A stretch of 64,000 nucleotides of DNA from Octopus sinensis (GCF_006345805.1 NC_043012.1:6324001-6388000), one strand, 5' to 3'. Positions 1 to 13,419 are shown, counted from the stretch's first letter. Translations and numbers: made by a program. Notes: generated by a model not told the origin, from the letters alone.

Positions 1-107
1 ATATATATATATACTCAAAAATGAGGGTGAAAAATTAGATATTAATTTAATAATACCATTGGTTTAACACCAAGTGACCTATTTACGGATATATATATAT
101 ATAATAT

Positions 108-151
<44 letters not shown>

Positions 152-649
152 ACATAATATACATATATACAGAGAGAGAGAGAGAGAAGAAGAACTAACT
201 CTAGTACTCTCTCTGAAGTTGACTCTGAAAGAATGAAATGGAAAACTTGGATTGCAAAGAGCCAATTTAATTACTGAAAGACACTGTCTGATGTTCTAAT
301 GGTGTTAGAATGGGTGACTCAAAAATAGAGAGTTAGTTAATGTAAAGTTAAAGTAATAATGTAGATACAAGATATATTGTCCATGTATAATTTAATTTAC
401 GAGCAAGGCATAAAAACCAGAAGAAAATGTATAGTGTCAATATGTGAAATGAACCGATGAATTATAGAGAAACACACAACAACCGTTGATAAACATCTGA
501 GTTCAAAGATGAACATGGTCCAACCTAGCTTTACCTTCCAAATAGACTGCTTCAATTAGAACTTATCTTAAATCTTAATGGATATTTAAGTTTCCATGTC
601 TTACTTTTCCTGACAAGTTTGTGTATCTGAGTATGTCTAGTTCAAATTT

Positions 650-975
650 TGAAGTCATCAATCAGTAGCCTATGCCAAATTGTACATTCCTTACCAGGCA
701 AGAACTTTGTATTCACAAGCATCTACCTATCACATTTTCTGGTGAGGGCGTTGTCAATCTGGCTTGTATGTCCACTAGATTAGTAAGTGATTAGGTGGCG
801 GCTGATGGTTCCCTGAAGTGAGTTTTTCATACGATTAACTCATTTGCATCACAGAACTCCAGCAGCTTTTTTCCCTCCTCATTTCTATAATCAAAGCCAT
901 AACCATCGTTTACACCAGGAAATCCATCGGGGTACATTGAATGCCTTGGGTTCCTGCCCAACATATCTTTTGAAG
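650..975 (-). mobile_element. Decayed RTE-clade LINE fragment, AP-endonuclease region
   Basis: Minus-strand translation gives GYGFDYRNEEGKKLLEFCDANELIV...HLITY*SSGHTSQID...LPGKECTIWHRLLIDDF, matching RTE APE motifs (G.G.RN..G..LLEFC; TY.SG...SQID; PGEEC..QHRLL). Contains stops and frameshifts. Confidence 0.75.
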
Positions 976-1032
976 CAACCATACATACATAGACACACAC
1001 ATACACACACACATATATATATATATATACAC

Positions 1033-1449
1033 ATGGATGCGAGACCTGGACACTAAAGAAAGCTGACCAGAAGAGAATTAATGCATTTGAGCTTTGGTGC
1101 TGGAGAAGACTTTTACGGATTCCATGGACAGCGAGGCTCACCAATGGAGAAGTTCTTAAGCAGATCATGCCAAAAATGTCGCTAGAAGCTAGGATCACCA
1201 AGCATAGATTGGCATATTTTGGTCATATTATGCGGAGAAAATCCCTGTAGAAGGACATCATGCTCGGAATGGTCAGTGGCAAGAGAGGAAGAGACCAACC
1301 AAGAACCCGCTGGCTTGACACCATCAAGAGTGATACCGGAATGGACATAGCCAATCTGAAAGAAGCGGCCCAAGATAGAACTGACTGGAGGACACTGATC
1401 CAATGAGTAACCGAGAGTTGACTTCGACATGAGCGGATAGGTAGATAGT
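1033..1449 (+). mobile_element. 3' end of RTE/BovB-like LINE (post-RT region), 5'-truncated
   Basis: Translation includes KKADQKRINAFELWCWRRLLRIPWTARLTNGEVL...[10 protein letters not shown], a classic RTE C-terminal motif. Flanked by (TA)n. Confidence 0.85.
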
Positions 1450-1592
1450 ATATATATATATACACACACACATATGTTGGTGTATATATATATATTGATA
1501 TATTTATATATATATATATGTGTGTGTGTATGTATATATGTTTACATATATGTATATATATGTATATAAGTATGTATATATATATGTATGTA

Positions 1593-1631
<39 letters not shown>

Positions 1632-2240
1632 TATGTATATATATGTGTTTGTATATTTACACACATACACACACACACTCTCTCTCTCTCTCTCTCTCTC
1701 TCTCACAAATAGAGAGATTAATATCAATCAACTAGTGAAGCACACAAATGTCAGACACCAAAGATCCGTACCTCTGAATGGAAAGACACGACACCTTATT
1801 GCAATTTTTTTCATCTTTCTGTATTAATGTCACTGATTTCTCACCCTGTAAAATCCTTGCTTAGTTACATTTTTCTTCAAATTATGTCACCAATGCAAGA
1901 AAAAAAAAAAAAGAAACGAGAACAGTACAAAATATCAAAGCAAATACCTACAGCAGACCGTGGGAAAAAAAATCAATGTTGAGACTCAGAGAAGACAACA
2001 ATGGATTATGACTTAGATTTTGTAGTATTTTATTGAGTAATGCTCCACAGGTGAGCAAGTAATTTCTGTTGTAGTTTCTGCATTTTATTGTATACATTTT
2101 TTTTTCTATTTATATGTTGAATAATTATATAATTATAAAAATGATACTGAATTGGTATGAGTGTGTGTGTGAGTATGTGTGTGTATATATGTGTGGTGTG
2201 TGTATGTATATATATATATATATATATATATGAGTGTGTG

Positions 2241-2271
<31 letters not shown>

Positions 2272-2274
2272 GTA

Positions 2275-2508
2275 TATTACATGTAGAATGCACCCTTCAC
2301 ACTCTGGAAAGTGATTATTATCAGGAAGAACAACCAGCTGTAGAAACCAAGCCAAATCAGAAGGAACATAAAACAGCTTTCCAGCTGGCCACCTCTGGTC
2401 AAACTGTCCTACCCATGCCAGCATGGAAGACGAATGTTAAATGATGATGACGACTACGAGGATGATGACGATGATGATGATGATGGTGATGATGATGATG
2501 ATGATGAT
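2275..2508 (+). mobile_element. Short retroelement 3' fragment ending in CCCATGCCAGCATGGAA...(GAT)n tail
   Basis: The same terminal motif recurs at ~10740-10925 and ~47680-47750, and in reverse at ~12325-12520 and ~48210-48290. Confidence 0.55.
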
Positions 2509-3061
2509 ATATATATATATACACACACACATATGCAGATAGTTATGGTATATTTCATTAGGAACATGGTAGAGTACTGTATAAAGCTCGTCCACCTTCA
2601 TAATTACCCTGTGTTATCCGGTATTAGTATTATACATACTGCCAAGTTTATGTTTGGGCATTCATCATGTGTGACTATAAAACTGAAGAAACTGGAGTCA
2701 ACCAAAAGGAGTATGGTTGGACATTTTATTTTTTCATCACTTCATATTTTTCGATGTAATGTAGTTCTCCAAGAACACAGGTATTTGATTATGCAACTGT
2801 TTGTTTGCATAATGAAATCTAGTTGTGTTTCCTCAGGTGATATTCGAGTGTTGTCTCCATTAGTTTAAAATCATTGACTTCAAGGCCATCTCTTCCGTCC
2901 ATCATGATTTGAATTTAGTAGATGCTGGTTGACTCATGTTGTTTGCTGCCAACATAGTTCTTGGAGAACTACATTGTGTCGGAACAAATGTAGTGATTAA
3001 AAAATAAAATGTCCAACCGTACTCCTTCTTATTGACTCCAATTACTTCAATTTTACATATA

Positions 3062-3976
3062 CAGGATGTCCCAAAAAGTTTGACATCATTTCATCACCTA
3101 ATAACGCGAACAATTTTCATCCAAATTGTCTCAAATTTTAGCAGCATGTCTAGAATTCAATACATCTTAAAATATGATTTTTTTGTATGTTTTTCTTTTC
3201 AGGATTAGACATGCCGTTCACTGCAAGAGAAAAGGCATTTTGTGTATTGAAGTATGCCCAAACTCAGTCAAATGTGAATGTGCAACGAGTATTTGCTAGA
3301 AGATTTCATAAACAAGCACCAACAGGGAAGCAGATTTGGATGTGGCATAAGAAGTTCCAAGAGGAAGGTGTTTGTGCCAGAGAAAAGGATCTGGACAGCC
3401 AGCAGTTTTAGAAGAGATGGTGAACCAATTTCAGGAAATGCTTAGTCAGAGTTCAAAGAAATCTGTGCGAAAAGCAAGCCTGGATACCTGGATCCCCAAG
3501 TCAACTGTTTGGCATGTCATAAGAAAACGCTTGTGGCTGACCCCTTATAAGCTTCAGCTTGTGCAGTCTTTAAAGTCAGTTGAGAAGCAAAAGCGTAAAA
3601 CATTCTGTGAAGATATGCAAGAGAAACTTGAAGATGACGACTTTGAAAACCGTCTTGTTTCCAATGACGAGGCCACATTCCATACAAATGACAAAGGGAA
3701 CAAGCATAATGTTCGCATTTGGGGTGAAGAAAATCCACATGACACATTTGAACATGAAAGGGATTCACCAAAAGTGAATGTGTTCTGCGCCATCTCAAAG
3801 AACTGTGATAACTTTGGAGCATTATAAAATTATCATCTCACAGAATTTTTCGTTGGAAAACTGTAGAATAAAACTTGTTATGTTCCAAGTTAAGCCTATT
3901 AAGCTTCATTTCTCTTAACTTTGTAGTCACTTCGGTATGGACATTTCAAATGATCTCAAAGTTTTTGTAACACCCA

Positions 3977-3977
<1 letters not shown>
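3062..3977 (+). mobile_element. Internally deleted Tc1/mariner-superfamily DNA transposon (DUF4817-type HTH transposase remnant)
   Basis: TIRs CAGGATGTCCCAAAAAGTTTGACATCATTT / AAATGATCTCAAAGTTTTTGTAACACCCAG with TA on both sides. Frameshifted transposase: EKAFCVLKYAQTQS...WHKKFQEEG and SNDEATFH...NKHNVRIWGEENPH...DSPKVNVFCAIS. Confidence 0.88.
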
Positions 3978-4028
<51 letters not shown>

Positions 4029-4141
4029 ATATTTCGGAACGGTCATATTGCCAGTTTAGCCAATAAAAACACACGCACTATATATTTGGTGTTATTTTGC
4101 TTCAGTGTTATTTATTTTTTACATTAATCTTAATCTTATTT

Positions 4142-4187
4142 CGGCCAGAGTTCTTTCGTCACACTCCTGTGACCGCATCAGTGGTCC
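4142..4187 (-). ncRNA. Mirror copy of the hammerhead-like motif in the left arm
   Basis: Reverse complement reads GGACCACUGAUGCGGUCACAGGAGUGUGACGAAAGAACUCUGGCCG. Confidence 0.55.
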
Positions 4188-4712
4188 TTTGTTTTCTTCT
4201 TTCTTATTTGTGTCTCTCCTTACTAACCGTCAGCCATTTTGTATTTCTATTGTATGTTTTCATTTGCACATGCTTATATCTCTATGTGCGTCTATGTTTA
4301 TTTAGTGTGTGTATGTGGGGGATGCCTGTAATATTTGTATCTTCTGTTTATATACGTTCATGTAATTTGTATTTTTTTTTTCTGATTCGATTTATTATTA
4401 TTATTACTAGTATTGTTGTTATACATACATACGTACAAGCATATGTAATGATAATAATAAGTGGATGTAAACACATGAACAAAATAAGAATAAACAAAAA
4501 CAACAACAACAAAAACAAAATACAAATTACATGAACATATATAAACAGAAGATACAAATATTACAGGCGTCCCCCCCCCCCCCACATACACACACTAAAT
4601 AAACATAGACGCACATAGAGATATAAGCATGCGCAAATGAAGACATACAATAGAAATACAAAATGGCTGACGGTTAGTAAGGAGAGACACAAATAAGAAA
4701 GAAGAAAACAAA

Positions 4713-4758
4713 CGACCACTGATGCGGTCACAGGAGTGTGACGAAAGAACTCTGGCCG
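4713..4758 (+). ncRNA. Minimal type I hammerhead ribozyme-like motif (variant core)
   Basis: CGACCA-CUGAUGCG-GUCAC(AGGAGU)GUGAC-GAAA-GAAC-UC^UGGCCG. Stem I CGACCA/UGGCCG, 5-bp stem II, minimal stem III, predicted cut after C4752. A9 is replaced by C. Confidence 0.6.
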
Positions 4759-4921
4759 AAATAGGATTAAGATTAATGCAAAAAATAAATAACACTGAAG
4801 CAAAATAACACCAAATATATAGTGCGTGTGTTTTTATTGGCTAAACTGGCAATATGACCATTCCGAAATATAACAATATCTGTTTCAACACACGACTTCA
4901 CATAAAAATTCTTGCACAACA

Positions 4922-4956
<35 letters not shown>

Positions 4957-5969
4957 GGTAAAAATATACATACCCTTATATATATATATGTATGTATGTG
5001 TGTGTATGTGTGTGTATGTATATATACACACCCATGTATGACATACCTGACAACATCTTGTGAAACACCTTGCTACATTTTGTGGCATACCAGCCAGTCT
5101 ATGCAGAGGCAAGGATGTAGATGGGCTGTTGTCACATGTATATGGTTTCCAGGGAGTTTTCTCCTCCTAGCCAGAAATAAAGGAAGCACCCTTTGGTAAA
5201 GAACAACCCTTTTTGGGAATCATACCAGTTCTTTAACTCTGTTGTGTTATTTGCAGGTATACATTATATTCTGCATATACTTGTATATACCTGTAACATG
5301 TACACAAACCATATGTGTGTAAGTCATGCAAGGGTGGCCTTTTTCAAGAAGTAGGCCACATGAGACTTAGCTCATCATCAGGAGAGCCATTCTACTACAA
5401 AAAGAATCAAGGTAATTTTTTGTAAGGTATGTCATTCAGAAAATCCCATGGGCTGTGGTTTGCTCATAATTAGTTTAAGCTTTAATTAATACAAGTTTTG
5501 ATGAGTACTTTGAACAGAAGCCTACATTTGACATCTGATCCAGTTTTATTAAGTCTTGCCTACCAGTTTGCAATGGTGGGCCATTTAGGAATCATTGAAG
5601 GAAAGTAGTTAAGGTAGAAGCCGGATGGGATTTGCTTAATTTCTTGCAGTCTTACTTTTAATCAATATTTTGAGTTTGCTGTTTTCCTTTTGTTTTTGTG
5701 TATTTATTTGTCTTTCTTTACCACATTTACATTTAGCAAACATGAGTTGATAGTTGAGCCTCTTAGCAGTTGCTGAATTAGATAGAAATAATAACCAAAT
5801 TTTCTTCAAATAGCATTGTTTAAAAAAAAAAAAGGAAGCATCCATTACTTAATTGTAGTGTGAGAATAGATTTAAAAAAGATGGGATGGCCAGAGTTGGA
5901 ATGCCATTCATTATTGGTCTACTCCATCAGTAATGACCTGTTTAAGCCTCCTCTTCCTTCTCCTCCTAC

Positions 5970-6015
<46 letters not shown>

Positions 6016-7061
6016 ATCATCATATCATCATCATCATCAGCAACAGCAGTAGCAGTGTATACAAAGACAGGGCAAAGAGGAAGTCTTCTTACACCAACAG
6101 GGAGGTCTTTAATACACACACATACACATGTATCATTACTCCATCAGCTAGAAATAGCAACCACATCTCCCTCAAATGATACCCTGCAATCTTAAAAAAA
6201 AAAAAAAACCAAAAGGAAAAGATATATTTACATATTGGTAAACCTTTAAAGAGAAGGCTGGTCACAAATGGAATTACTTTTGATTATGAGTTTTTTTTTA
6301 TCAGACTTACTGGGGTGGGGCATGGGTGGAGAGCTAGATAATAACAACATATACAGAGATATAATCCTGAAAGCTCTGTTGCTAATATTTTGTAATAAGC
6401 TTCTGATGAAAAAATGATTCAACCATGACTGTCCTATACTTCTCTCATCTATTGTCTATCTAGGACTACATTACCCAATGTGTTCTGTCCCTTTCTGTTT
6501 CTTTTCAGAGATTTGAGAGAAAATAAGGGTGACATTTGAGAGAAAACTAACTCCTATTTCTAACAGATCAGGTGACAGCTTACAGCCTCTTTAGGCTTGC
6601 AAACTGCATTTCAGTTTTTGCATTTTGGCTTGCAAACTGTATTGATCTGGCAGCATCCATCATAATAATTCCGACAGGAAACTAGATTCCGATTTTCCAG
6701 GAAAGAAAATCCTGGAAAAAGACAAAGCAAAGAAATCTGTCAAAGTTTTAGCTATTCATTCCCTCAGGATGGCCTCTAATACAAAGGGAGATAACTAACT
6801 CCTCACAACGAAGTGGAATTAGAAATAAGAATTTGAAATCAAGGAACATGAAAGAGACACAAAGGGCTCACATATATAAATATATTATTTAAGCTGTTTT
6901 TTTTTGTTTTATATGACAAAGTTCTACACACACACACACACATATATATATAAATTTATTATTTACTGGAGTTTATTGTGTGCTTTTTTTCACTTGAATT
7001 ACAGGTTTTTAATTACAAGCTGTTTTCTTCATTGTGACTATTCACTTAAGCTTACTGCTGC

Positions 7062-7101
<40 letters not shown>

Positions 7102-7444
7102 TATATATATATATATAATCTTATTTTTTTTAAAAAGAATGTTTTATTTTATGTTGCTGTTGTTATTGTTAATTGATGTGATAATCTGGCCTATTTTATA
7201 ATTTCCATGCTAACTGTAATGATATATATATATATTTGCTTCCTCTTTTTAGTCCCCTGGAACTGCCTTATTTTCATTTCTCATTTCCTTTTTTTCCTTT
7301 CAAGTTTTGCTTTCTGGATTAAATCGTTTCTTCGCTTTCTTTTATGAAATCCCCATCTCTCCTCCTCCCACCCCCAAATTATATATTATTAAACCAAAAT
7401 GAAATATCAAAGTGTGTTACCTCACCCTAACTTAATTTCCTCAG

Positions 7445-10400
7445 ATGCTGATAAATTTGGAAGGGAAAACAGCACAAATCAAAATGGAATTGGTCTCACG
7501 GCACCAGTAAAAATTTCTTCTATCACAAGTATAGGCTCATTATCAAAGGTGGAAACTAAAGATAAAACGGTTTTTGACAAAGCTAAAACAGACATCGACA
7601 ATTCAAGCAATAGCTTAACAAAGGATAGTAATTTTAATTTCTTTAAACAGCCTAGTATTAGAGATAAAGGCCCAAGTGCTTTAGAGATTAATGCTAAACC
7701 CAGCCTAGATAAACCTGTTCATGTGGAGAAAACTCTCAATGAAGACCTTCAGCAAATCACTGAAATAAAGCCGAATAATACAAGGAATTATGCAGACATT
7801 TTTGGGACCAACAACCAGGATGCAGCTGATAGTATGAGTATGAGTAGTATATCCAGCAGCTCCAGCAGCAGCAGTAGCAGCAGCAACTATAAGGAAGATA
7901 ATCTAAAACCAAGCAATGTTTCCTTGACCCGGTCTGAACCAATGAAGACAGACTCTCCTAAAATCCAAGTAGAGAAAAGAGCTCTTCCCGACATTTTACA
8001 AGACCATGCAGAACCAATTAAAAAGCAATACATTTCCAAAGCTCAGAATTCTGTGATCCAAAATAGCACAAATAGGAACCAGTCCCCTATGGATATCCAA
8101 GAAGATGTAATTGTTCCATTGCAAAGTTCTAGAATTATGAATTACAGTGTTCCTCCACAAGCCAGTCCTAGAAAAGCCTTACGTTATTTCCCAAAGCCTG
8201 GGGATATGGATCTGGTTGACCCTGAAGAGAAGGACAAGTCAGTTTGGGTTAAAAAATCCACCAAGAACACGACTATACCATCTGGAAACATTGCCAAAGA
8301 AGACTTGATAATTCCTGCTAAAGCAAAATCTGTTCGATCACTTGTTGAACGATATAGTTCTCCACCACAGAAAAGTAAGGAATCGAGGCGAGTTGAAATT
8401 AAGACTAGCAATGGTGTGACAGAAAAGATCCGTGCTGTGAATATGAAAGCAGCTCAAAATTCCTCACCTAAGCCTGCAGCAGTTGAAGAACTGGTTCAGG
8501 CTGTTCATAAACACAGGTTTGCATCAGATTTTAAAGCACCTAAAAGTGTTAACAATAATACTTTAAGTATGGATGACATTTTGGTTATAGAAAAAACAGA
8601 GGAATTAAACTCTAAACCCAATGTAAAAATGACTTTAAAAAGTAATTTCTTACCCGAGAAAGGTTTTGTAGCAGAACCAGTGATTGAACCAATGCAGAAA
8701 TCTGGTAATTTTGCTCGGCCAAAACCCGCTCCAAGACAGAAACTCTTACATAATAAAGATAATGATCAAAGTAAGTATCAAATGGATGATCTTGATGTTC
8801 TGACAGTTGATGGAACTTCTCCAAAAACATCTCGTTCTACTGACAAACGTCCAGGAAATTCCATAACTAATGTATCTGTTATTCAAGAATTACTGATAAA
8901 ACCAACATTTTTGGAATCGAAATTAATGAATAAAAAGTATGGTGCTGTTAATTCAAGTCCTAACACAAATACAATGAATGAAGACGCTATTGTTCCTGTT
9001 GTGAAAAAACCAAGATATTCTATGAACATTCAGAAACTGCCCAAATTGCATCCAGTAAGCATGGAAGATGATAACACTGAGGAGAACAAGACAAGAGGTA
9101 ATCACTCAACTAAACAGAAAAGCTATGGCATTAGTTATTTGCAAGAAATATTTGATGAAGAAAAAATTGTTCCACAGGTAAAGAAATCTCGAGACATGAG
9201 TCAGTTGTCAATAACAAAGACTCCTGATAAGAACGAGGAAACAACTTTGGGAATCTGGCAATGTAACACAAAGTTGCCTAATACAGAGAGTGGGCAGCTC
9301 AATGATGATGTGGAATTTAAAGAATTTTCTACAGAAATACCCAAGAACAAACCTGTAATAAGTGAAAGCATTTTGGAAATAACTCAAAAGAAACCATCTC
9401 ACTCTGCTAGAACATCTGATTTGGATGATAACAAAGATCAAAATCTGTTGGAAGATTTTGATCCAATAGAAAAAGAAAATGTGGCACCTATCAAGTGGAA
9501 TAGAATTGATTGTAATTTAGATAACGATCCTGTCTTTGTAAGAAGCTCTGAAGATTTAATAACACTTGATACAGCAATAAAACCTGAACACACTTTAGTA
9601 TCTCATACAGCTCCAGAGGAACTCATGAAAAGTCCCAGTGCACAACCCTTATCACAGAAAAGATCACTTCCTGTTATAGAAGATGGGAAGCCGAAACCAC
9701 TTCCTAGAAGGTCTCGCTCACCCTTGTCAGAAAGTGATACAAGTAACCAAGAAGATAACTTTCGACCGAAACGTAGAACCTTACCAACACCAAGAGGTTC
9801 GATGACATCTCCTAATGCAGATAAGTTAAATGAAACCTTGAAATCAACACCTTTCGAAGATTCTTCAAGTGGGCTTAATGATCACCATAGTGTTTCACCT
9901 CCAGTTTCTCCAAATAGAACCAGAAGAGTAATAGGTTCACCTGTCAGAGAACTAAATCCAGCCTTATCTCCCAAAAGAGGAAACAGTGAAAATAATTTTT
10001 TTCCTGAATCCAGTTTTAATACATATGGATCTCAGACCATGCAAAAAAATGGTGTGGATTATATGAAAATCGAAGGGAACACTCTTGAACAAACACCTGA
10101 AATGTTCATAACTGGTCTTCCTCAACAATACACCGACATAAAAGAGGTAAGAGAATCTTCTGGTCGACATCTTCCTAAAATTCCAGTTGTTGCTGAAAGT
10201 CCAGATAGTAGTCGATCTCTACCATCAATTCCTTTTCCACGAGAAACAAATATCGAACAGTACCATCCAGATATTATTGTTGAAGAACAGAAATCCATAA
10301 GTCGAAGTCTTCCAATAGTCCCTGAAAAGCCAGCTTTGTCGCCGTTTTATGAAGAGCCACTTGAGCCAGTATTCAAAACTGCCGTGCAAACACCATTAAT

Positions 10401-10450
10401 AAAACAAACAGCAGTCTCTGAAAACATTCTTCAAACTGTTAAACTACAAG
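7445..10450 (+). CDS. PDZD2/pro-IL-16-like gene, giant internal exon (3006 bp, phase 1-1), disordered S/P/K/N-rich region
   Basis: 3-kb stop-free frame in AT-rich DNA. Branch-like CCCTAAC and ttcctcAG acceptor at 7443-7444. Donor AAG|GTAAGC at 10451. Phase matches the next exon (G+AT = Asp). Upstream exons were not found in the window. Confidence 0.85.
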
Positions 10451-10970
10451 GTAAGCGTGTGCACCTTACAATGCACCAATCAGTGCACTATCTAGATCCT
10501 GCTAAACTCATAGACACACTATGCACAGAAATTCTATTCTGAAGGAATAATTCTTTTTGCTTTCTAGGAGGTTTTACCTTTTTCAAAGAAGCAGAGGTCT
10601 CCTGATTCTTTAACTAACTATATATTAATATTCATGTTCAGGATAAAGTAGAGACTATTCAGAAATCTCCATTCCAGTTTTAAGAGAAATGTCAGACGTG
10701 CAAAACTAGGACTGCATTTATAGATTGTGTATGTGTTGATAGCTTGAAAAAAGCACAAAGTGCATTCTCTAAAGTGGTTGGCATTAGGAAGGATATCCAG
10801 CCATAGAAACCATGTCAAAGCTGACATTGGAGCTTGATGTGGCCTTGCAGTTTGCAGATCCTGTCAAACTTTCCAACTCATGCCAACATGGAGAATGGGC
10901 ATTAAAGGATGATGATGGTGGTGGTGTTTATTGCTTGTGCCTGGCTTAGATAAACATGTGTGTGTGTGTG

Positions 10971-11004
<34 letters not shown>

Positions 11005-11449
11005 ACGTGTGTTTATATAGATAGACCAACAGATAATCTATTTCCCAATAGTATACTTCCATCTGGTTCTTGGGTGTCTTTTGCAAATTCCTCTTTATTA
11101 CAAGCATTTGAGTCATGTGGCCCTGTTGTGTGGATAAGTTCGTTCTGCAAGTCTTTGCAACTTTAAAAAGCCATGAGTGTTGTCCTTCTCTTTGATAATA
11201 CAACAAAGAAAAAAAAACGATAGAAATATATTTTGGAAAGTTGAAGATGAGTAACAAGCAAATTTTTTAATAAAATCATTTTGCTTGTTTTAAGTATTTG
11301 AATATTTTATATTTCATATTGAAGAAATATTAAACCATAACCATGGTTCTTATTTCAAGTATATTTGTATTTCCAATATATTTAAAAATTAATTTCAAAC
11401 AGAAATCTTTACTGCAAATTTGCCATGTATATATATACACACATATATA

Positions 11450-12313
11450 CAGGGTGCGGTGAATATTATGTCGTATAAATTAGGCAAACATGAAAATAAC
11501 ACTGACATTTCATTTTAACAGATATATTTACCAAAATTATATATAAAAATATCTTGAAATACTAAAGAATAAATTTATTTAATAAAATCGCCATTGGTTC
11601 CAACCACGACCTCTAGATGACTTTGGAATCTCTTGCAACTCTTCTGGATGGTCTCCTTGTTTAAGTTGGTGAATGCTGCCATAATCCTTGCCTTCAGTTC
11701 ATCTTTGGTGTTACAAGAAGTTTTGTTGGTCTCTTACTCAACTGTACCCTACACATAATAATCAAGGGGGTTGCAGTGTGGGGAGTTAGGTGGCCAGATG
11801 TTAGGGGTGATGTAGTTTCAGAAATTGTCTGACAGCCATGACTGGCATCTCCTGCTTGTGTGGCATGGTGCAGAGTCCTGTTACTAGACATAGGGTTTTC
11901 CAGCAGCCACCCTCTTCGCATAGGGCAGCACAACTGCCTCCAGGCACTTGATGTAGGCCTCTGTGTTGAGTCTGAGCTCATGTGGGAAGATGAATGGAGG
12001 CATAACATCACCATCACCAGTGATAGATCATTCAAAACACCATGATGTTGGCTGGATTTTTATCACTTTTGGTACATGCATTGTCCTCAGATTGACATCC
12101 AAACACTCTGAAATGTTTATATTGGAGCATGAATGTCAAGCAGTACAGCATGTTGTTTCCAAATTTCTGGCAGAGTGAATTGTGTCATGGTACTGTTTTT
12201 CTCACAGACAATGCCCAACTGACTCTACTATACTGTGTAGTCAACAAAATCAAAAACAAACAATAGGCGAAATTAAAAATATAAAATGGGAACAATTTAC
12301 CCATTGCACCCTG
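11450..12313 (-). mobile_element. Internally deleted Tc1/mariner (maT-like) transposon
   Basis: TA-CAGGGTGC...GCACCCTG-TA termini. Minus-strand transposase C-terminus WPPNSPHCNPLDYYV...ELKARIMAAF. Confidence 0.85.
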
Positions 12314-12586
12314 TATATATCCTCATCATCATTTCATGCCTCTGTTCCATGCTGGCATGAGTTGGATGGTTTCACAGGATCTGATAAGTCCAACACTGCA
12401 TCAGGTTCCAGTGTTGGTTTTGATATCATTTCTATGACTGGATGTTCTTCCTAATGTCTACCTTTGTACAGAGTGTACTGGATGCATTTTTCATGCAACC
12501 AACACTGCTGAGGTCATCATGCAGCTCTCAAAGCTATGAACCCTGAGGAGGTGGGGTCAGTTATTACACTAGTAGATAAATTAGAG

Positions 12587-12955
12587 CAGCAATTCTCAAA
12601 CATTTTTGACTTATGGGCCCCTTTTTTTTATTATTATTATTATTTTACTCTGGGTTGACCACCATAGGCATTTGATGTTTAAAAACTAGTTTTATAGATT
12701 CTCCTGCAACAGTAGGTTTGCATCAGCACTCTCTCAGAAAACATGTCTCAGTGGCCGGTAACATGTTGAGCTATGTAAAACATTGAAGAAAAAAATTTAG
12801 CTGTTTCTTGCAATAAATATATGTAATGCAAAATTTTTTCATGGACCCTTAAAACACTACTGTGAGTCCATAGTTTATTATTTCAGTTGTGTGATCATTC
12901 CAAAATCTTATATGGACCCTCCAGGGGTCATATGGATCTTGGCTGAGAACCACTG
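12587..12955. mobile_element. hAT-type non-autonomous element (MITE)
   Basis: Degenerate TIRs CAGCAATTCTCAA / CTGAGAACCACTG. A related right end lies at ~17330-17450. Confidence 0.55.
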
Positions 12956-13040
12956 TTTTATATTATGAGAGACGGGTGAAGTCAGCAGATTAAGTTCCTG
13001 ATGAAGAGCTGCAGTATATATGTGCCTGTATATATATATA

Positions 13041-13415
13041 GGCGCAGGAGTGGCTGTGTGGTAAGTAGCTTGCTTACCAACCACATGGATCTGGATTCAG
13101 TCCCACTGTGTGGCACCCTGGGCAATGTCTTCTACTATAGCCTTGGGATGATCAAAGCCTTGTGAGTGGATTTGGTAGATGGAAACTGAAAGAGGCCCAT
13201 CGTATATGTGTGTTTGTGTGTCTGTGTTTGTCCTTCCACCTCACCATCGCTTGACAGCTGATGCTGGTGCATTTGCGTAACTTAGCAGTTTGATAGAATA
13301 AGTACTGGGCTAACAAAGAATAAGTCCTGGGGTCGATTTGCCTGACTAAAGGTGGTGCTCCAGCATGGCCACAGTCAGCTGACTGAAACAAATAAATGAA
13401 TAAATGAATAAAAGA
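13041..13415 (+). mobile_element. tRNA-derived SINE, family A
   Basis: Head GGCGCAGGAGTGGCTGTGTGGTAAG (A box) and GGTTCAGTCCC-type B box, an internal CA/TA microsatellite, and tail GGTGCTCCAGCATGGCC...GACTGAAACAA. More than 10 copies in the window. Confidence 0.85.
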
Positions 13416-13419
13416 ATAT

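Larger units (their letters stand above)
4021..4879. mobile_element. Fold-back element with ~355-bp inverted arms next to (TA)n; probable inverted pseudo-LTR of a Penelope-like element
   Basis: 4021-~4378 is the reverse complement of ~4516-4879 with few substitutions. Each arm carries a hammerhead-like motif. The same terminus recurs at 35041-35087 inside another (TA)n. Confidence 0.75.

Noticed and set aside
4097-4803. Mirror-image ORFs on both strands
   Set aside because: A by-product of the inverted repeat, with low-complexity hydrophobic translation and no domain.
5860-6195. Poly-His ORF
   Set aside because: A (CAT)n microsatellite with no splice support or homology.
7399-10542. 1047-aa ORF as a stand-alone single-exon gene
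   Set aside because: Good splice sites at 7444/7445 and 10450/10451 join in phase to downstream exons. The ORF ends are intronic read-through, and the same applies to 19851-21926.
12995-13015. CCTGATGAAGAGC hammerhead-like start
   Set aside because: No stem II partner or GAAA follows; the sequence runs into a TA tract. Similar isolated CTGATGA hits at ~6403, ~46337 and ~50602 were also discarded.
13041-13120. tRNA gene-like A/B boxes
   Set aside because: This is a SINE head: there is no cloverleaf and it continues into a repeated SINE body.
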